From assembly GCA_031285625.1 (NCBI GenBank), contig JAITVV010000017.1, forward strand, positions 62,945 through 126,944: a stretch of 64,000 bases of DNA. Reading direction: 5' to 3'. The position numbers were made by a program, and so were the translations under genes. Of this stretch, positions 1 through 10,188 are shown in pieces. A model generated the notes under the pieces. That model searched no databases. It saw nothing but the letters and a program-made list of their open reading frames with translations, and was not told the origin of the DNA. The stretch comes from Prevotella sp. (GTDB lineage: Bacteria; Bacteroidota; Bacteroidia; Bacteroidales; Dysgonomonadaceae). Numbering within the stretch: the first letter of the stretch is position 1; every line of letters begins with the position of its first letter.

Positions 1-1410
1 TTTAAAGCAGTTATTATACTAATGAGCCTCCTCTTCATATCTGAAATGGAGGCTCAAAATATTCAGGGTACAGATAATGGGTTTAATCTTGAAGTAACCT
101 ACCCGGGACAAGAAGGTAAAAAAATATACTTTGGGCAATACTGGAGAGGTAGCACATACGCCCGCGACTCGGTAAAAGTGTCTGCAAGTGGCAAAGCTGT
201 ATTCTCTTCTAAAGAAAAGTATCCTGAAGGACAATACTTTATATATATAGCACCAGACCTGAGGACTGATCTGCTAATTGGTAATGAACAAAGTAAAATA
301 CAAATAAATATCAATAGTCAGGATTATTTAAAGAGCAGCGTTTCGGGAAGTAACGATACAAGATTATTGTGGAGTTATATGAACAAGGTTAATGAAAATG
401 AAAGAATCATTGAAGCATTAAATGACCAGTTAGCCGACCCTAAAACTTCTTCGCAAAAGAAAGCCAGCCTTCAAAAAGAGATAGCAAAAGAAGAGGAACT
501 GGCAGAAGCTTATATTGAAAGCCTTTTAAAAGAGAATAAAACGAGCTGGTTTACTACCTTCCTTAAAGGTATGACCTCGGTCAATCTGCCATACCCTAAT
601 CCTAAAACAGAAAAAGAGTTTACGGATAATAAGAATTTTGGGAAAGCTCATTATTTTGATAATATAAATCTCACTGACCCTCGCTTGTGGCGAACAAACT
701 ATATGACCAGTTATATTGATACATACATGCGTCAATGGGTTGAACCGATTCCGGATTCTTTAGCAATTGCAGCAAGTAAGTTAGTCGCAAAAACAAAAAG
801 TAATGAAGCTTGTTTTAAAGAAATGCTGTCCTATATGGTGAATATGTCAACAACCAGTGACAGAATGGGAGACGAAAATATCTGGGCAAAGCTTTGCGAA
901 GAATATATCTTTGATAAAAAACTTAAGTGGATCGACAGCATTCAGATGTCAGGCTTGCAATACATGTACGAGCATATAAAAAACAACCGGATAGGCATGA
1001 GAGCCCGTAATATAAAGCTCACATCAATGGATGGAAAAACAATAGAGACAAACGATATACAGGCCGAGTATCTTATGATATATTTTTATGGTCACGACTG
1101 TCATTATTGTTTAGAGGAGACACCGCGTATATACAATGATATATATCTTAAATACAAAGACAAAGGTCTGCAAGTAGTGGCTATCGATATTAAAGGAAGC
1201 GATAAAAAAGAATGGGAAAAATTTGTTAAAGATAATAAGATGACCGGCTGGATAAATGCAGCTGACCCGAATAATAAATCACAATACTGGATGAATTATG
1301 ACACCTCATATATTCCGTCGGTATTTGTGCTGGACAAAAACAAAAAAATAATAGCAAAGAAAATAGATTCCGAAGCACTGAAACATGTTTTCGATCATTA
1401 TATTAAATAA
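1..1410 (+). CDS. TlpA/redoxin-family thioredoxin-fold protein with long N-terminal extension (5' end probably upstream of the window)
   Basis: C-terminal redoxin domain with YFYGHDCHYC (CxxC) and YIPSVFVLDKNKKIIAK; frame +1 is open from base 1, so the ATG at 22 may not be the start. Confidence 0.8.
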   Translation, partial: FKAVIILMSLLFISEMEAQNIQGTDNGFNLEVTYPGQEGKKIYFGQYWRGSTYARDSVKVSASGKAVFSSKEKYPEGQYFIYIAPDLRTDLLIGNEQSKIQININSQDYLKSSVSGSNDTRLLWSYMNKVNENERIIEALNDQLADPKTSSQKKASLQKEIAKEEELAEAYIESLLKENKTSWFTTFLKGMTSVNLPYPNPKTEKEFTDNKNFGKAHYFDNINLTDPRLWRTNYMTSYIDTYMRQWVEPIPDSLAIAASKLVAKTKSNEACFKEMLSYMVNMSTTSDRMGDENIWAKLCEEYIFDKKLKWIDSIQMSGLQYMYEHIKNNRIGMRARNIKLTSMDGKTIETNDIQAEYLMIYFYGHDCHYCLEETPRIYNDIYLKYKDKGLQVVAIDIKGSDKKEWEKFVKDNKMTGWINAADPNNKSQYWMNYDTSYIPSVFVLDKNKKIIAKKIDSEALKHVFDHYIK

Positions 1411-1413
1411 AAA

Positions 1414-1938
1414 ATGGCATTAATAAAAGAAGTCAGAGGGTTTATCCCCGAGATTGGAGATAATACATACATGGCCGAAAATGCAACGATTATCGGCGAT
1501 GTAGTGATAGGTAAAGATTGCAGTATCTGGTTTAACACTGTCCTTCGTGGCGATGTAAACTCAATACGGATAGGAAATAGAGTAAATATACAGGACGGAA
1601 GCGTACTACACACATTATATCAAAAATCGGTAGTAGAAATCGGCGACGATGTTTCTATAGGCCACAATGTAGTAGTACATGGTGCAAAGATCGAAAATGG
1701 AGCATTAATCGGTATGGGAGCTATCGTGCTTGACCATGCCGTAATTGGAGAAGGTGCTATTATTGCTGCCGGCTCCGTTGTGTTAAGTGGCACGCAGGTC
1801 GAACCTGGAAGCATATATGCAGGTGTTCCTGCTAAATTTGTCAAAAAAGTGGATCCCGACCAAGCTAAAGAAATGAATCAGAAGATAGCTAAAAACTATC
1901 TGATGTACTCCGGCTGGTTTAAAGAAGACGAAGAATAG
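1414..1938 (+). CDS. gamma carbonic anhydrase family (hexapeptide-repeat) protein
   Basis: IIGDVVIG, LRGDVNSIRIG, NIQDGSVLH and IGHNVVVHGA motifs. Confidence 0.92.
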   Translation: MALIKEVRGFIPEIGDNTYMAENATIIGDVVIGKDCSIWFNTVLRGDVNSIRIGNRVNIQDGSVLHTLYQKSVVEIGDDVSIGHNVVVHGAKIENGALIGMGAIVLDHAVIGEGAIIAAGSVVLSGTQVEPGSIYAGVPAKFVKKVDPDQAKEMNQKIAKNYLMYSGWFKEDEE

Positions 1939-1942
1939 AACA

Positions 1943-2434
1943 TTGAAAGGCATCGTAATCAGGAGAATAAAAACAGATGAACTTCATTTTCTTGAAGGTA
2001 TGCTGTATGAAGCTATTTATCAGCCGGAAAGTGAAACACTTCTCCCTCGTGAAATAATAAAAACTCCTGAAATAGATGTTTTCATAAACAATTTTGGCAA
2101 ACAACAGGATGATCATTGTTTAGTTGCAGATCTGAACGGGAAAATCATTGGGGCTGTATGGGTCAGGATTTTATCCGGTAAGATAAAAGGCTATGGTAAC
2201 ATTGATAATGAAACTCCCGAATTTGCTATCTCCTTATTTCAGGAATACCGGAATAAAGGTTACGGAACGCAAATGATGAAGAAAATGATAGAGTATCTCA
2301 TAGAGAAGGGATATAAACAAACGTCATTAAGTGTAGATAAAAATAATTATGCTGTAAGAATGTACCAAAAGCTAGGATTTGAAACCATTCAGGAGAATGA
2401 GCATGATTACATAATGTTATTAAAACTAAGGTGA
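1943..2434 (+). CDS. GNAT family N-acetyltransferase
   Basis: YRNKGYGT acetyl-CoA motif, NYAVRMYQKLGF; TTG start. Confidence 0.88.
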   Translation: MKGIVIRRIKTDELHFLEGMLYEAIYQPESETLLPREIIKTPEIDVFINNFGKQQDDHCLVADLNGKIIGAVWVRILSGKIKGYGNIDNETPEFAISLFQEYRNKGYGTQMMKKMIEYLIEKGYKQTSLSVDKNNYAVRMYQKLGFETIQENEHDYIMLLKLR

Positions 2435-2438
2435 AAAT

Positions 2439-3068
2439 ATGAATTTAATAGAAGACCTGAATTGGCGGCATGCCTGTAAAGGGATGAATGGGACCAAGGT
2501 TCCACAAGAGAAAATAAACAGAATACTGGAAGCGGTCAACCTCGCTCCTACCTCACTTGGCATGCAAGCATTTAAAGTGTTAGTAATAGAGAACAAAGAG
2601 CTTAAAGAGCAAATATATAAAGAAGCATGTCAACAGCAACCGATAACAGAATGCTCCCACCTGCTGGTATTCGCCTCCTATACAGAAATAACAGACAGAT
2701 ATCTGGATGAATATTTTTCTTTAATAGAGCGAAAACGAAATCCGGGTAAAGAGTGGTGTGACAAGTACAGGAAAAAGATCGAATTCTTCATGGAAAAGAA
2801 TTATAATAATCTGGAGGGCTGGTTGGCAAAGCAAACCTACATAGCTTTAGGTATAGCATGTACCGTTGCAGCTAACGAACGTGTAGATTCAGTACCGATT
2901 GAAGGCTTTGACAAAGAGGCGTTGAATCGCATTTTAAACCTCCCGGACAAGCACCTTTCAGCCACCTTCATCTTACCACTGGGCTACAAAGATCCGGCAC
3001 AAGACTGGATGAATAATCAACCTAAAGTACGAAAAGAACTGAATGACCTGATAGAAGTGATCAGGTAA
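2439..3068 (+). CDS. nitroreductase family NAD(P)H-dependent oxidoreductase
   Basis: LNWRHACK, LAPTSLGMQ, DSVPIEGFD, LPLGY and KVRK motifs. Confidence 0.9.
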   Translation: MNLIEDLNWRHACKGMNGTKVPQEKINRILEAVNLAPTSLGMQAFKVLVIENKELKEQIYKEACQQQPITECSHLLVFASYTEITDRYLDEYFSLIERKRNPGKEWCDKYRKKIEFFMEKNYNNLEGWLAKQTYIALGIACTVAANERVDSVPIEGFDKEALNRILNLPDKHLSATFILPLGYKDPAQDWMNNQPKVRKELNDLIEVIR

Positions 3069-3081
3069 GGTTTGAGCTGGA

Positions 3082-3175
3082 TATTTATCTATTATATAAG
3101 AACATTAACAATAAAAAAGGGAACAAAGTGACAGAATAAAATGAACAGAAAGCTGTTACCTTTGTTACTTTTTAT
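3082..3175 (+). repeat. dispersed intergenic element, copy A (GTGACA-N20-TGTTACCTTTGTTACTTTTT)
   Basis: matches copies at about 7.5 kb, 30.0 kb, 30.2 kb and 57.8 kb. Confidence 0.75.
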
Positions 3176-3180
3176 AAAAT

Positions 3181-3480
3181 ATGGCAGGAGAAAAAGGGGA
3201 TAGCAATCTGGCGAATAACTCTATTGGATGGGTTATTATTGTATTGAATCTACTTTGGCTATATAGTACTATTCATCGTTTTTACGATCAAAACTTTGGT
3301 AGTATCCTTTATATTTTCTTAATTCCGAACTGGATACTGATTATAAATATAATTTGCGGATTCGTTGGAATCTTCTTAGCAGCAAAGCTAATCAGAAAGA
3401 AAATAAGTGCATGGACTGCCCTACCTGTCAATTTTGGATTGTTTTGTCTCTGTATATTGATTGAATGCTTAATAATATAA
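3181..3480 (+). CDS. small hypothetical membrane protein (about 3 TM segments)
   Basis: 99-aa hydrophobic ORF filling the gap between co-oriented genes. Confidence 0.6.
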   Translation: MAGEKGDSNLANNSIGWVIIVLNLLWLYSTIHRFYDQNFGSILYIFLIPNWILIINIICGFVGIFLAAKLIRKKISAWTALPVNFGLFCLCILIECLII

Positions 3481-3501
3481 TAGAACTAAAAATAAATAAT
3501 T

Positions 3502-4473
3502 ATGAAAAAAGAAGTTCTAAAAAAGATGCTTGCGAAACCCGGAGAGAAACACAAAGTCTCTGAGTTTGATACAAATTATACTGCCGGATTAAAAAAAGAA
3601 GAGGGTGTACAGCTACTAGAAGAAAACAGAGAGCAATTAGCCAAACTACAGGATAAACTATATGCTCAGGATCGTTACTCCATTTTGATTATATTCCAGG
3701 CAATGGATGCTGCTGGAAAAGACGGCACTGTCAAACATGTAATGTCAGGTATTAATCCGCAGGGTTGTCAGGTTTTCTCATTCAAGCAGCCATCTGCTGA
3801 AGAACTGGATCATGATTATTTGTGGCGTATATACAAATGTCTTCCTGAACGTGGCAGAATAGGTATCTTTAACAGATCGCACTACGAAGATGTATTGGTA
3901 GCGAAGGTTCATCCATCAATCGTATTGAACGGCAAATTACCGAATATCAACACCGTAGAGGATATTGATGATAAGTTCTGGAAGAACCGTTACAGGCAGA
4001 TCAATGATATGGAAAGGCATCTGACCGAAAATGGCACTATTATATTAAAGTTCTTTCTTAATGTTTCACATGATGAACAGGAAAAACGCTTTCTGGCTAG
4101 GCTCGATGATGAAGCTAAAAACTGGAAGTTTTCAGCATCTGACCTCAAAGAACGTTCATACTGGGACAATTACATGGAAGCATATTCGGATATGCTCACT
4201 CATACGTCTACAAGTGAAGCGCCTTGGCATGTAATCCCTGCTGATAATAAATGGTTTATGCGATATGCTGTCGGACAAATCATTTGTGACAAGATGGAGG
4301 AGTTAAAATTAAATTATCCGGTACTCTCCGAAGCAGCAAAAGTTGAGTTGGATGCTACAAAGAAAGCGCTAGCCAATACTGCACAGCCAGAGGTAAAAGA
4401 AAAGAAATCAAAGAAATCAGAGAAAGAGAAATCAGGTAAGACGGATAAAAAAGAAAAGAAAAACAAGAAATAA
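3502..4473 (+). CDS. ppk2: polyphosphate kinase 2 family (polyP:nucleotide phosphotransferase)
   Basis: FQAMDAAGKDG Walker A, FKQPSAEELDHDYLWR, IFNRSHYEDV, PADNKW; Lys-rich C-terminal tail. Confidence 0.92.
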   Translation: MKKEVLKKMLAKPGEKHKVSEFDTNYTAGLKKEEGVQLLEENREQLAKLQDKLYAQDRYSILIIFQAMDAAGKDGTVKHVMSGINPQGCQVFSFKQPSAEELDHDYLWRIYKCLPERGRIGIFNRSHYEDVLVAKVHPSIVLNGKLPNINTVEDIDDKFWKNRYRQINDMERHLTENGTIILKFFLNVSHDEQEKRFLARLDDEAKNWKFSASDLKERSYWDNYMEAYSDMLTHTSTSEAPWHVIPADNKWFMRYAVGQIICDKMEELKLNYPVLSEAAKVELDATKKALANTAQPEVKEKKSKKSEKEKSGKTDKKEKKNKK

Positions 4474-4485
4474 CTTAAAAATAAG

Positions 4486-4514
4486 AAAGCAGCACTGATA
4501 TAGTGCTGCTTTTA
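4486..4514. terminator. bidirectional intrinsic terminator
   Basis: AAAGCAGCACT-gatat-AGTGCTGCTTTT between convergent ppk2 and corA. Confidence 0.8.
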
Positions 4515-4521
4515 TTTATAG

Positions 4522-5466
4522 TCACAACCATTTATTCCTCTTAAAATAGATCAGGATAAGAGCAACAGCAGCTACCATAAGCCCCAGCGAAAACTCGTAT
4601 CCGTATTCCCACCTCAACTCAGGCATATCTCCAAAGTTCATACCATAGATACTGGCAATAAGTGTAGGCGGCATAAATATCACCGATATTACAGTAAACA
4701 TCTTGATGATCTTATTTTGCTCAATGTTTACAAACCCGAGGAAAGTATCCTGTAAATAATCGAGCCGGTCAAAACTGAACCGTATATGTTCGAGCAGGGA
4801 GTTTATATCTTTAACCAGAATAGTGATTCTACCATGTAGTTCTCTTGGGATCAGCTCACTCTTCAACATACTAGACACCGCACGTTGCTTATCTATAATA
4901 TTCTCCCGGAGCATCATCGTCTTTTCCTGCAAATCCTTGATCTCCATCAAAAGCTCTTCGTCAGCTTCTTTTATACTGATGCTATTACTCAGTGAGGTAA
5001 TTTGCTGTGTCACCCGCTCTATCATATCCGCATCTATTTCAACCCGTGTTTCCAATATTGCAACAAACACATGATAACCTGTAGGATACATCTTGGGATT
5101 GGCGGATATCTTCTTTATTGTCTCATGAAAAGACGACAGGTCTTCGCTACGAACGGTTATAAGTATATTATTCTTGAGTATGAATGAAACAGGTTCCTTT
5201 TCAAAATTACCAAGAAGGAAGTTTGAATTTACAACCAAAGAATCGGCTGTTTCCATATACCTGGCCGACATCTCAATTTCAACCATTTCTTCCTCTTCCT
5301 GAATATAGATCTTAAGATAATCTTCCAGTTCATTCTCGATCTCCTCATCTACATTGTTAAGGTCGATCCAGAGAAAGTTTTTGATAGGTGTGGTTTTCAA
5401 AAACTCAATGCTACGGCTCATTCTTATAGCATTGTCTTTATGATAGAATAGTTTTACTTCTGACAT
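4522..5466 (-). CDS. corA: magnesium/cobalt transporter CorA
   Basis: PPTLIASIYGMNF and MPELRW signature with two C-terminal TM helices. Confidence 0.93.
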   Translation of the reverse strand: MSEVKLFYHKDNAIRMSRSIEFLKTTPIKNFLWIDLNNVDEEIENELEDYLKIYIQEEEEMVEIEMSARYMETADSLVVNSNFLLGNFEKEPVSFILKNNILITVRSEDLSSFHETIKKISANPKMYPTGYHVFVAILETRVEIDADMIERVTQQITSLSNSISIKEADEELLMEIKDLQEKTMMLRENIIDKQRAVSSMLKSELIPRELHGRITILVKDINSLLEHIRFSFDRLDYLQDTFLGFVNIEQNKIIKMFTVISVIFMPPTLIASIYGMNFGDMPELRWEYGYEFSLGLMVAAVALILIYFKRNKWL

Positions 5467-5503
5467 GAGCTCTTTAATTAAAATGTACGACTCCTATTTC
5501 TTC

Positions 5504-6295
5504 TCACTTACCACTCCCGGGCAGAAAGGCTGCTACAATATTAGTCAGCTCTTCAAAATCTGCAACCGAGAGCCGCTCGGGTCGTTCATCAAAGATGCGA
5601 TCTGAATATGCTTCACAGTCTTTTCCGAGCAACGGCTTCATCGAATTCCTCAGTGTTTTTCGTCTTTGGTTGAATCCGGTTTTCACAACCGTCTTAAATA
5701 GTTTTTCGTCACAGTTCAATTGCTTCCTATTATTCCGAGTTAGCTTTATTACTGCAGATTTCACTCTCGGAGGAGGATCGAATACCTTCTCACTTACTGT
5801 AAAAAGATATTCTATATCGTACCATGCCTGAAGCAGTACACTTAGTATACCATATGTCTTACCTCCCGGCTTAGAAGCTATCCGTTCAGCCACCTCTTTT
5901 TGCAACATTCCGGAACAACATGGTATCCTGTCTTTATATTCCAATACCTTGAAGAATATCTGGGAAGATATATTATATGGATAGTTTCCTATTACACAAA
6001 ATTTATCTTCGTAGATATCCGAAAGATCGAGGCGCAGAAAATCAGCTTCTATAATATGTCCTCGCAAAGAAGGATAATGCTCGTTCAGATATGGCACAGA
6101 ATCTCTGTCAAGTTCCACCACGGTCAATTCTTTTTCTTTTTCGATCAGAAACTGGGTTAGCACTCCCATCCCCGGACCTACTTCAATAACCGGTACATCC
6201 TGAAAATCATCAAGAGTATCGGCTATCCGACGAGCTATATCCAGATCTTTAAGGAAATGTTGCCCTAAGAATTTCTTTGGTCTAACTACTGCCAT
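5504..6295 (-). CDS. rsmA: 16S rRNA m6,2A1518/A1519 dimethyltransferase
   Basis: KKFLGQHFL, IEVGPGMG, GNYPYNISS, FDPPPRVKSAV, FNQRRKTLRNS. Confidence 0.96.
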   Translation of the reverse strand: MAVVRPKKFLGQHFLKDLDIARRIADTLDDFQDVPVIEVGPGMGVLTQFLIEKEKELTVVELDRDSVPYLNEHYPSLRGHIIEADFLRLDLSDIYEDKFCVIGNYPYNISSQIFFKVLEYKDRIPCCSGMLQKEVAERIASKPGGKTYGILSVLLQAWYDIEYLFTVSEKVFDPPPRVKSAVIKLTRNNRKQLNCDEKLFKTVVKTGFNQRRKTLRNSMKPLLGKDCEAYSDRIFDERPERLSVADFEELTNIVAAFLPGSGK

Positions 6296-6310
6296 ACTTA
6301 TAATTATGAT

Positions 6311-6332
6311 TATATTTGCAGCGGCAAAGGTA
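6311..6332. promoter_or_regulatory. overlapping divergent Bacteroidota -7 promoter elements
   Basis: TATATTTG on + (6311-6318) and TACCTTTG on - (6332-6325) both fit TAnnTTTG, between divergent rsmA and the 6402 gene. Confidence 0.6.
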
Positions 6333-6401
6333 GTGTTTTATTGCATAAAACTGGTCTTGTGAGAGAACCTTTATTTTGAAACTACGATATAAAAATAGAG
6401 A

Positions 6402-7412
6402 ATGGAAGAAAAAAATGAAGTAGCGACATCGAAAAAAAGCTCTTTATTAAACAAACTTATAAAAGTCGTTTTACCTCTGGGACTAGGTATTGCGATTATA
6501 TATTATCTCATTAGTAAAATAGATCCTAGGGAGCTCTGGGAAGTGCTCAAAGATGCCAATTGGCCCATTTTGCTGTTCTCCCTTTTATTCGGACTATTAG
6601 GAAATACAATCAGAGGATACCGTTGGCAATTATTCATAAAGCCGTTAGGTTATAATCCTAAAGTTTCAATGTTGAATTATGCCATATATGGAGGCTATGC
6701 TGTAAACTTTGCTCTTCCGCGTGCAGGTGAAATCTGGCGATGTGGCGTACTGGCCAAAGAAGAGGATATACCTTTTACCAAATTATTTGGTACGATGATA
6801 CTCGACCGTATATTTGATACCCTTACAGTTTTTACCATCTCACTGATTGCATTCTTGTTTAACATGCAATTCTTCCTGACCCAACTGCAGCAAAGTCAGG
6901 GTACGTTTGACACTGTACTTTCAGTATTAAAATCTCCACTCCTATATATTGCCATAGGTGCGGCAATAATCACAACTTATATTGTATTCAAGTACTTTAA
7001 GGAAAATGTTGTCGTACGCAAAATAAAAGACTTCCTAGCAGGAATGAGCAGAGATATGAAGTCTATATGGCAGATGAAAACCAAAGGTAGATTGTTTTTA
7101 TATACTATTGGTATCTGGGGCTCATATTTCTGTTATTTTTACATTACATTCTTCGCTTTTGACTTTACTACAAACCTTGGTATAACAGCCGGATTGATTG
7201 CATTTGCCCTAAGCAGCATCAGCATGGGAGTTCCTTCAAATGGAGGTTTGGGTCCATGGCAAATAGCCGTTATCGCTTCACTTAGCTTATATGGTGTGGA
7301 TAAACTGCATGCAACCGCTTTTGCAACCGGAGTTTTTGCGGTGCAATCCATATGGGTTATACTTTGTGGATTGTTTGGTATAGCTATGCTAGCAATAAAG
7401 AAGCGTAAATAA
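6402..7412 (+). CDS. lysylphosphatidylglycerol synthase TM-domain (flippase-like, UPF0104) membrane protein
   Basis: RGYRWQ, NFALPRAGEIWR, ILDRIFD and VPSNGGLGPW in a polytopic membrane protein. Confidence 0.85.
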   Translation: MEEKNEVATSKKSSLLNKLIKVVLPLGLGIAIIYYLISKIDPRELWEVLKDANWPILLFSLLFGLLGNTIRGYRWQLFIKPLGYNPKVSMLNYAIYGGYAVNFALPRAGEIWRCGVLAKEEDIPFTKLFGTMILDRIFDTLTVFTISLIAFLFNMQFFLTQLQQSQGTFDTVLSVLKSPLLYIAIGAAIITTYIVFKYFKENVVVRKIKDFLAGMSRDMKSIWQMKTKGRLFLYTIGIWGSYFCYFYITFFAFDFTTNLGITAGLIAFALSSISMGVPSNGGLGPWQIAVIASLSLYGVDKLHATAFATGVFAVQSIWVILCGLFGIAMLAIKKRK

Positions 7413-7430
7413 CATCCTTTTTTACTACAA

Positions 7431-7526
7431 TAATTATCTATTCATGGATAACATCCCTTAAATAGGGAAATATAAAAGTAACATTTCAAAAACATAGGAA
7501 AAGGTGTCACTTTTGTCACTTTTTAT
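7431..7526 (+). repeat. dispersed intergenic element, copy B (GTAACA-N21-TGTCACTTTTGTCACTTTTT)
   Basis: same architecture as copies A, C, D and E. Confidence 0.75.
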
Positions 7527-7669
7527 TGTGCAGACTAAGTCAGAAGCCATGCAAAATCAGATTGTCAACAAATATTCAGAAATAATCTAAAAATATAACT
7601 TCATCTGATCAGCTTCATCCTTATTTTCCTATCTTTGTTACTATTCGTAAATTTTAAAACATAATTTTT

Positions 7670-9124
7670 ATGTCAAAAGAGATACTTAAACTAAAACCGA
7701 CACAATTGTGGAAGCATTTCTACGATTTGACTCAGATCCCCCGACCGACCGGACAAATGAAAGAAGTCACAAAATTTGTAATAGATTTTGGTAAAGCATT
7801 GGGGCTGGATGTAAAACAAGATAAGACAGGCAATGTTCTGATCACAAAACCTGCAACCAAAGGAATGGAAAAAGCGCCGGTAGTAATTCTACAATCGCAT
7901 TTAGACATGGTTCCTCAAAAAAATGCAGATACAAAACATGATTTCACTAAAGACCCTATAGAGACCCGGATTGACGGGAATTTGGTAAAGGCCAGTTCAA
8001 CCACCTTGGGGGCTGATAATGGTATTGGCGCTGCTGCCATGATGGCTGTTTTGGAAGACAAGAAGCTAAAACACGGTAAGATAGAAGCTCTATTCACTGT
8101 AGACGAAGAAGTGGGTATGGTAGGAGCTACAGGCCTTAAAAAAGGATTCTTATCTGGCAACGTTCTATTAAATCTGGATACAGAAGAGATAGGCGAACTA
8201 TGTGTGGGTTGCGCAGGTGGTGCTGATGTAAATGCAGACTGGGAATTTAAGGATGTAAAAACACCAAAAGGTGATATAGCATACAAAGTAACTCTTAAAG
8301 GTCTTAGAGGCGGACATTCCGGAACAGAGATTCACTTAGGCAGAGCTAATGCAAACAAGTTGATGTTCTATTTCCTGAAAGACGCTGTGGCTAATTATGA
8401 AGTACGCCTTTCAGCTATTGACGGAGGCTCATTACGCAATGCTATTCCACGTGAGGCTTTTGCTATTGTTACTTTACCGGAAGAGGATGAAAAGGATTTT
8501 CTTAAATTGGTAAAAAAATCTGAGAAAGTATTTAAGGAAGAATACAAAGCTGTAGAATCGAATCTTTCATTTAAGGCTACCAAAACAGATGTACCAAAAA
8601 CGCTTATTCCTGAAGAGATACAGGATAGTTTGATAAACGCTGTTGTTGGATGCCAGAATGGAGTTATCAGTATGCTTACAGATTTTGTAGGCATTGTGGA
8701 AACTTCTACAAACTTAGCTTCTGTAAAATCAGAACCGGGTCGTATATCAGCAAAGATGCTGACCAGAAGTTCTTCTGAAACACGTAAGGATGAAATCTGC
8801 TCGAGCCTGGAAAGCATATTCGCACTAGCCGGTGCAAAAGTATCGATTGAGAACGGATATCCGGGATGGCAGCCTAATGCCCAATCTGACACATTAAACA
8901 TGATGGCTAAACTATATAAGGAAATGTACAAAGAAGATGCCCATGTGGTAGTTGTACATGCTGGGCTGGAATGTGGCATTATCCTGGGTAGTACACCTGG
9001 ACTGGATATTGTTTCATTTGGACCTACAATATTGAATGCTCATTCTCCTGACGAATACGTAGAAATAGATACAGTAGAAAAGTTCTATAACTACCTGGTA
9101 AAGACATTAGAAAGAATTAAATAG
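7670..9124 (+). CDS. pepD: aminoacyl-histidine dipeptidase (M20C)
   Basis: LQSHLDMV, TTLGADNGIG, TVDEEVGM, NLDTEE, GGHSG, HAGLECG, AHSPDE. Confidence 0.95.
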   Translation: MSKEILKLKPTQLWKHFYDLTQIPRPTGQMKEVTKFVIDFGKALGLDVKQDKTGNVLITKPATKGMEKAPVVILQSHLDMVPQKNADTKHDFTKDPIETRIDGNLVKASSTTLGADNGIGAAAMMAVLEDKKLKHGKIEALFTVDEEVGMVGATGLKKGFLSGNVLLNLDTEEIGELCVGCAGGADVNADWEFKDVKTPKGDIAYKVTLKGLRGGHSGTEIHLGRANANKLMFYFLKDAVANYEVRLSAIDGGSLRNAIPREAFAIVTLPEEDEKDFLKLVKKSEKVFKEEYKAVESNLSFKATKTDVPKTLIPEEIQDSLINAVVGCQNGVISMLTDFVGIVETSTNLASVKSEPGRISAKMLTRSSSETRKDEICSSLESIFALAGAKVSIENGYPGWQPNAQSDTLNMMAKLYKEMYKEDAHVVVVHAGLECGIILGSTPGLDIVSFGPTILNAHSPDEYVEIDTVEKFYNYLVKTLERIK

Positions 9125-9137
9125 AACTAATAAAAGA

Positions 9138-9166
9138 ATGGCGGGAAACTTTCCCGCCATTTTTTT
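9138..9166. terminator. intrinsic terminator
   Basis: AATGGCGGGAA-ac-TTTCCCGCCATTTTTTT between convergent genes. Confidence 0.85.
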
Positions 9167-9183
9167 ATCTTCAGTTTGTAGCA

Positions 9184-10137
9184 TTATTCAAAAGGAATCA
9201 CACCTCCATCTTTCAGTTCACCTAATGACAAATTGAAAGAAGCATTTGTGACGGTATTACCTAGAGTTCCTTTGAGGGTAATCTTTTTACCTCCTTCAAA
9301 GTCCCCCTTATAGATAACCCTCTCTCCTAATATTTCAGTAGTGGACATTGTATGTTTTATAAACACCAACTTTGCAGTAGCACCTTTTGACGCCATAATG
9401 AACTTATTTGACAAGCCTTTTTCCCTAAAATCACTAACACTAGTTGCTGAAAGTGATTGAAAATGTGCAGTAAGATCTTCACCATAGTTTTTAGACGGAA
9501 TACCATCTGCTATATTGAATCCATAATAAAGAGGACTGATTGAAATATCAACAAGAGTTGTACCTTCGGGCAAAGTACATGTCTCGCCATCAGTTATTTG
9601 AACACTTATGTTTGACCACTTGGGCTGTAACTCAACATCTTTATTTACTTCTTCATTACCTACGCCAACAGTAAAACTAACTTTTTCGTAATATAAGCCA
9701 TAATGTTTATAAGCCGGATATGCTATATAAGTAGAACCGTAACAATAATCGGTATAAAAGTTTAAATTTGTTATATCAACATTAGCCCCGTCAGGATCTT
9801 CAGTCCAATTTATATTTATACCATCGAGTGCTCTATAGGCAGAAATAAAAACTATATAATAACTTCCGGCAGGAAGATCTTCTACTACCTGTGCATTTCC
9901 GGCAGAACGATTATGATATCTGAACTTTATAGCCTTTCCACTCTCTTTTTCGTAGATAGTATAATAAAGGGCTTGTCCCAAGCTTTCGGCCTTTAACGGT
10001 TTTGTCTCCATATCAAAGTTTGAAACATTGAATGTAACTTTGTAGGTCTTTCCTTCAGGAACAGTAGTATCGTCTGACTCACTGCTACAAGATGCGAACA
10101 AAATAGTTGCAAATAAAACAAAAAATAGTTTTTTCAT
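9184..10137 (-). CDS. surface lipoprotein, paralog 3 of a tandem triplet (possible type V pilin-like)
   Basis: lipobox LFASC followed by acidic SSESDD; shares KTYKVxFNVS, LKAE, YYEK, LxPxWS, PxYYGF and DGGVIPF with its neighbours. Confidence 0.75.
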   Translation of the reverse strand: MKKLFFVLFATILFASCSSESDDTTVPEGKTYKVTFNVSNFDMETKPLKAESLGQALYYTIYEKESGKAIKFRYHNRSAGNAQVVEDLPAGSYYIVFISAYRALDGININWTEDPDGANVDITNLNFYTDYCYGSTYIAYPAYKHYGLYYEKVSFTVGVGNEEVNKDVELQPKWSNISVQITDGETCTLPEGTTLVDISISPLYYGFNIADGIPSKNYGEDLTAHFQSLSATSVSDFREKGLSNKFIMASKGATAKLVFIKHTMSTTEILGERVIYKGDFEGGKKITLKGTLGNTVTNASFNLSLGELKDGGVIPFE

Positions 10138-10188
10138 ATTATAAATAGTTTGTAAAGGATATTAATTGAAAGGAATTACTCCTCCATC
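10082..10188. repeat. junction direct repeat, copy 1 (gene end, intergenic region and signal peptide); copy 2 is at 11048-11154
   Basis: near-identical CTGCTACAAGATGCGAACAA...TTTTTCATATTATAAATAGTTTGTAAAGG.TATTAATTGAAAGGAATTACTCCTCCATC. Confidence 0.85.

Noticed and set aside
8395-8979. 194-aa antisense ORF (also 7915-8286)
   Set aside because: Opposite the well-supported pepD; a codon-bias shadow.
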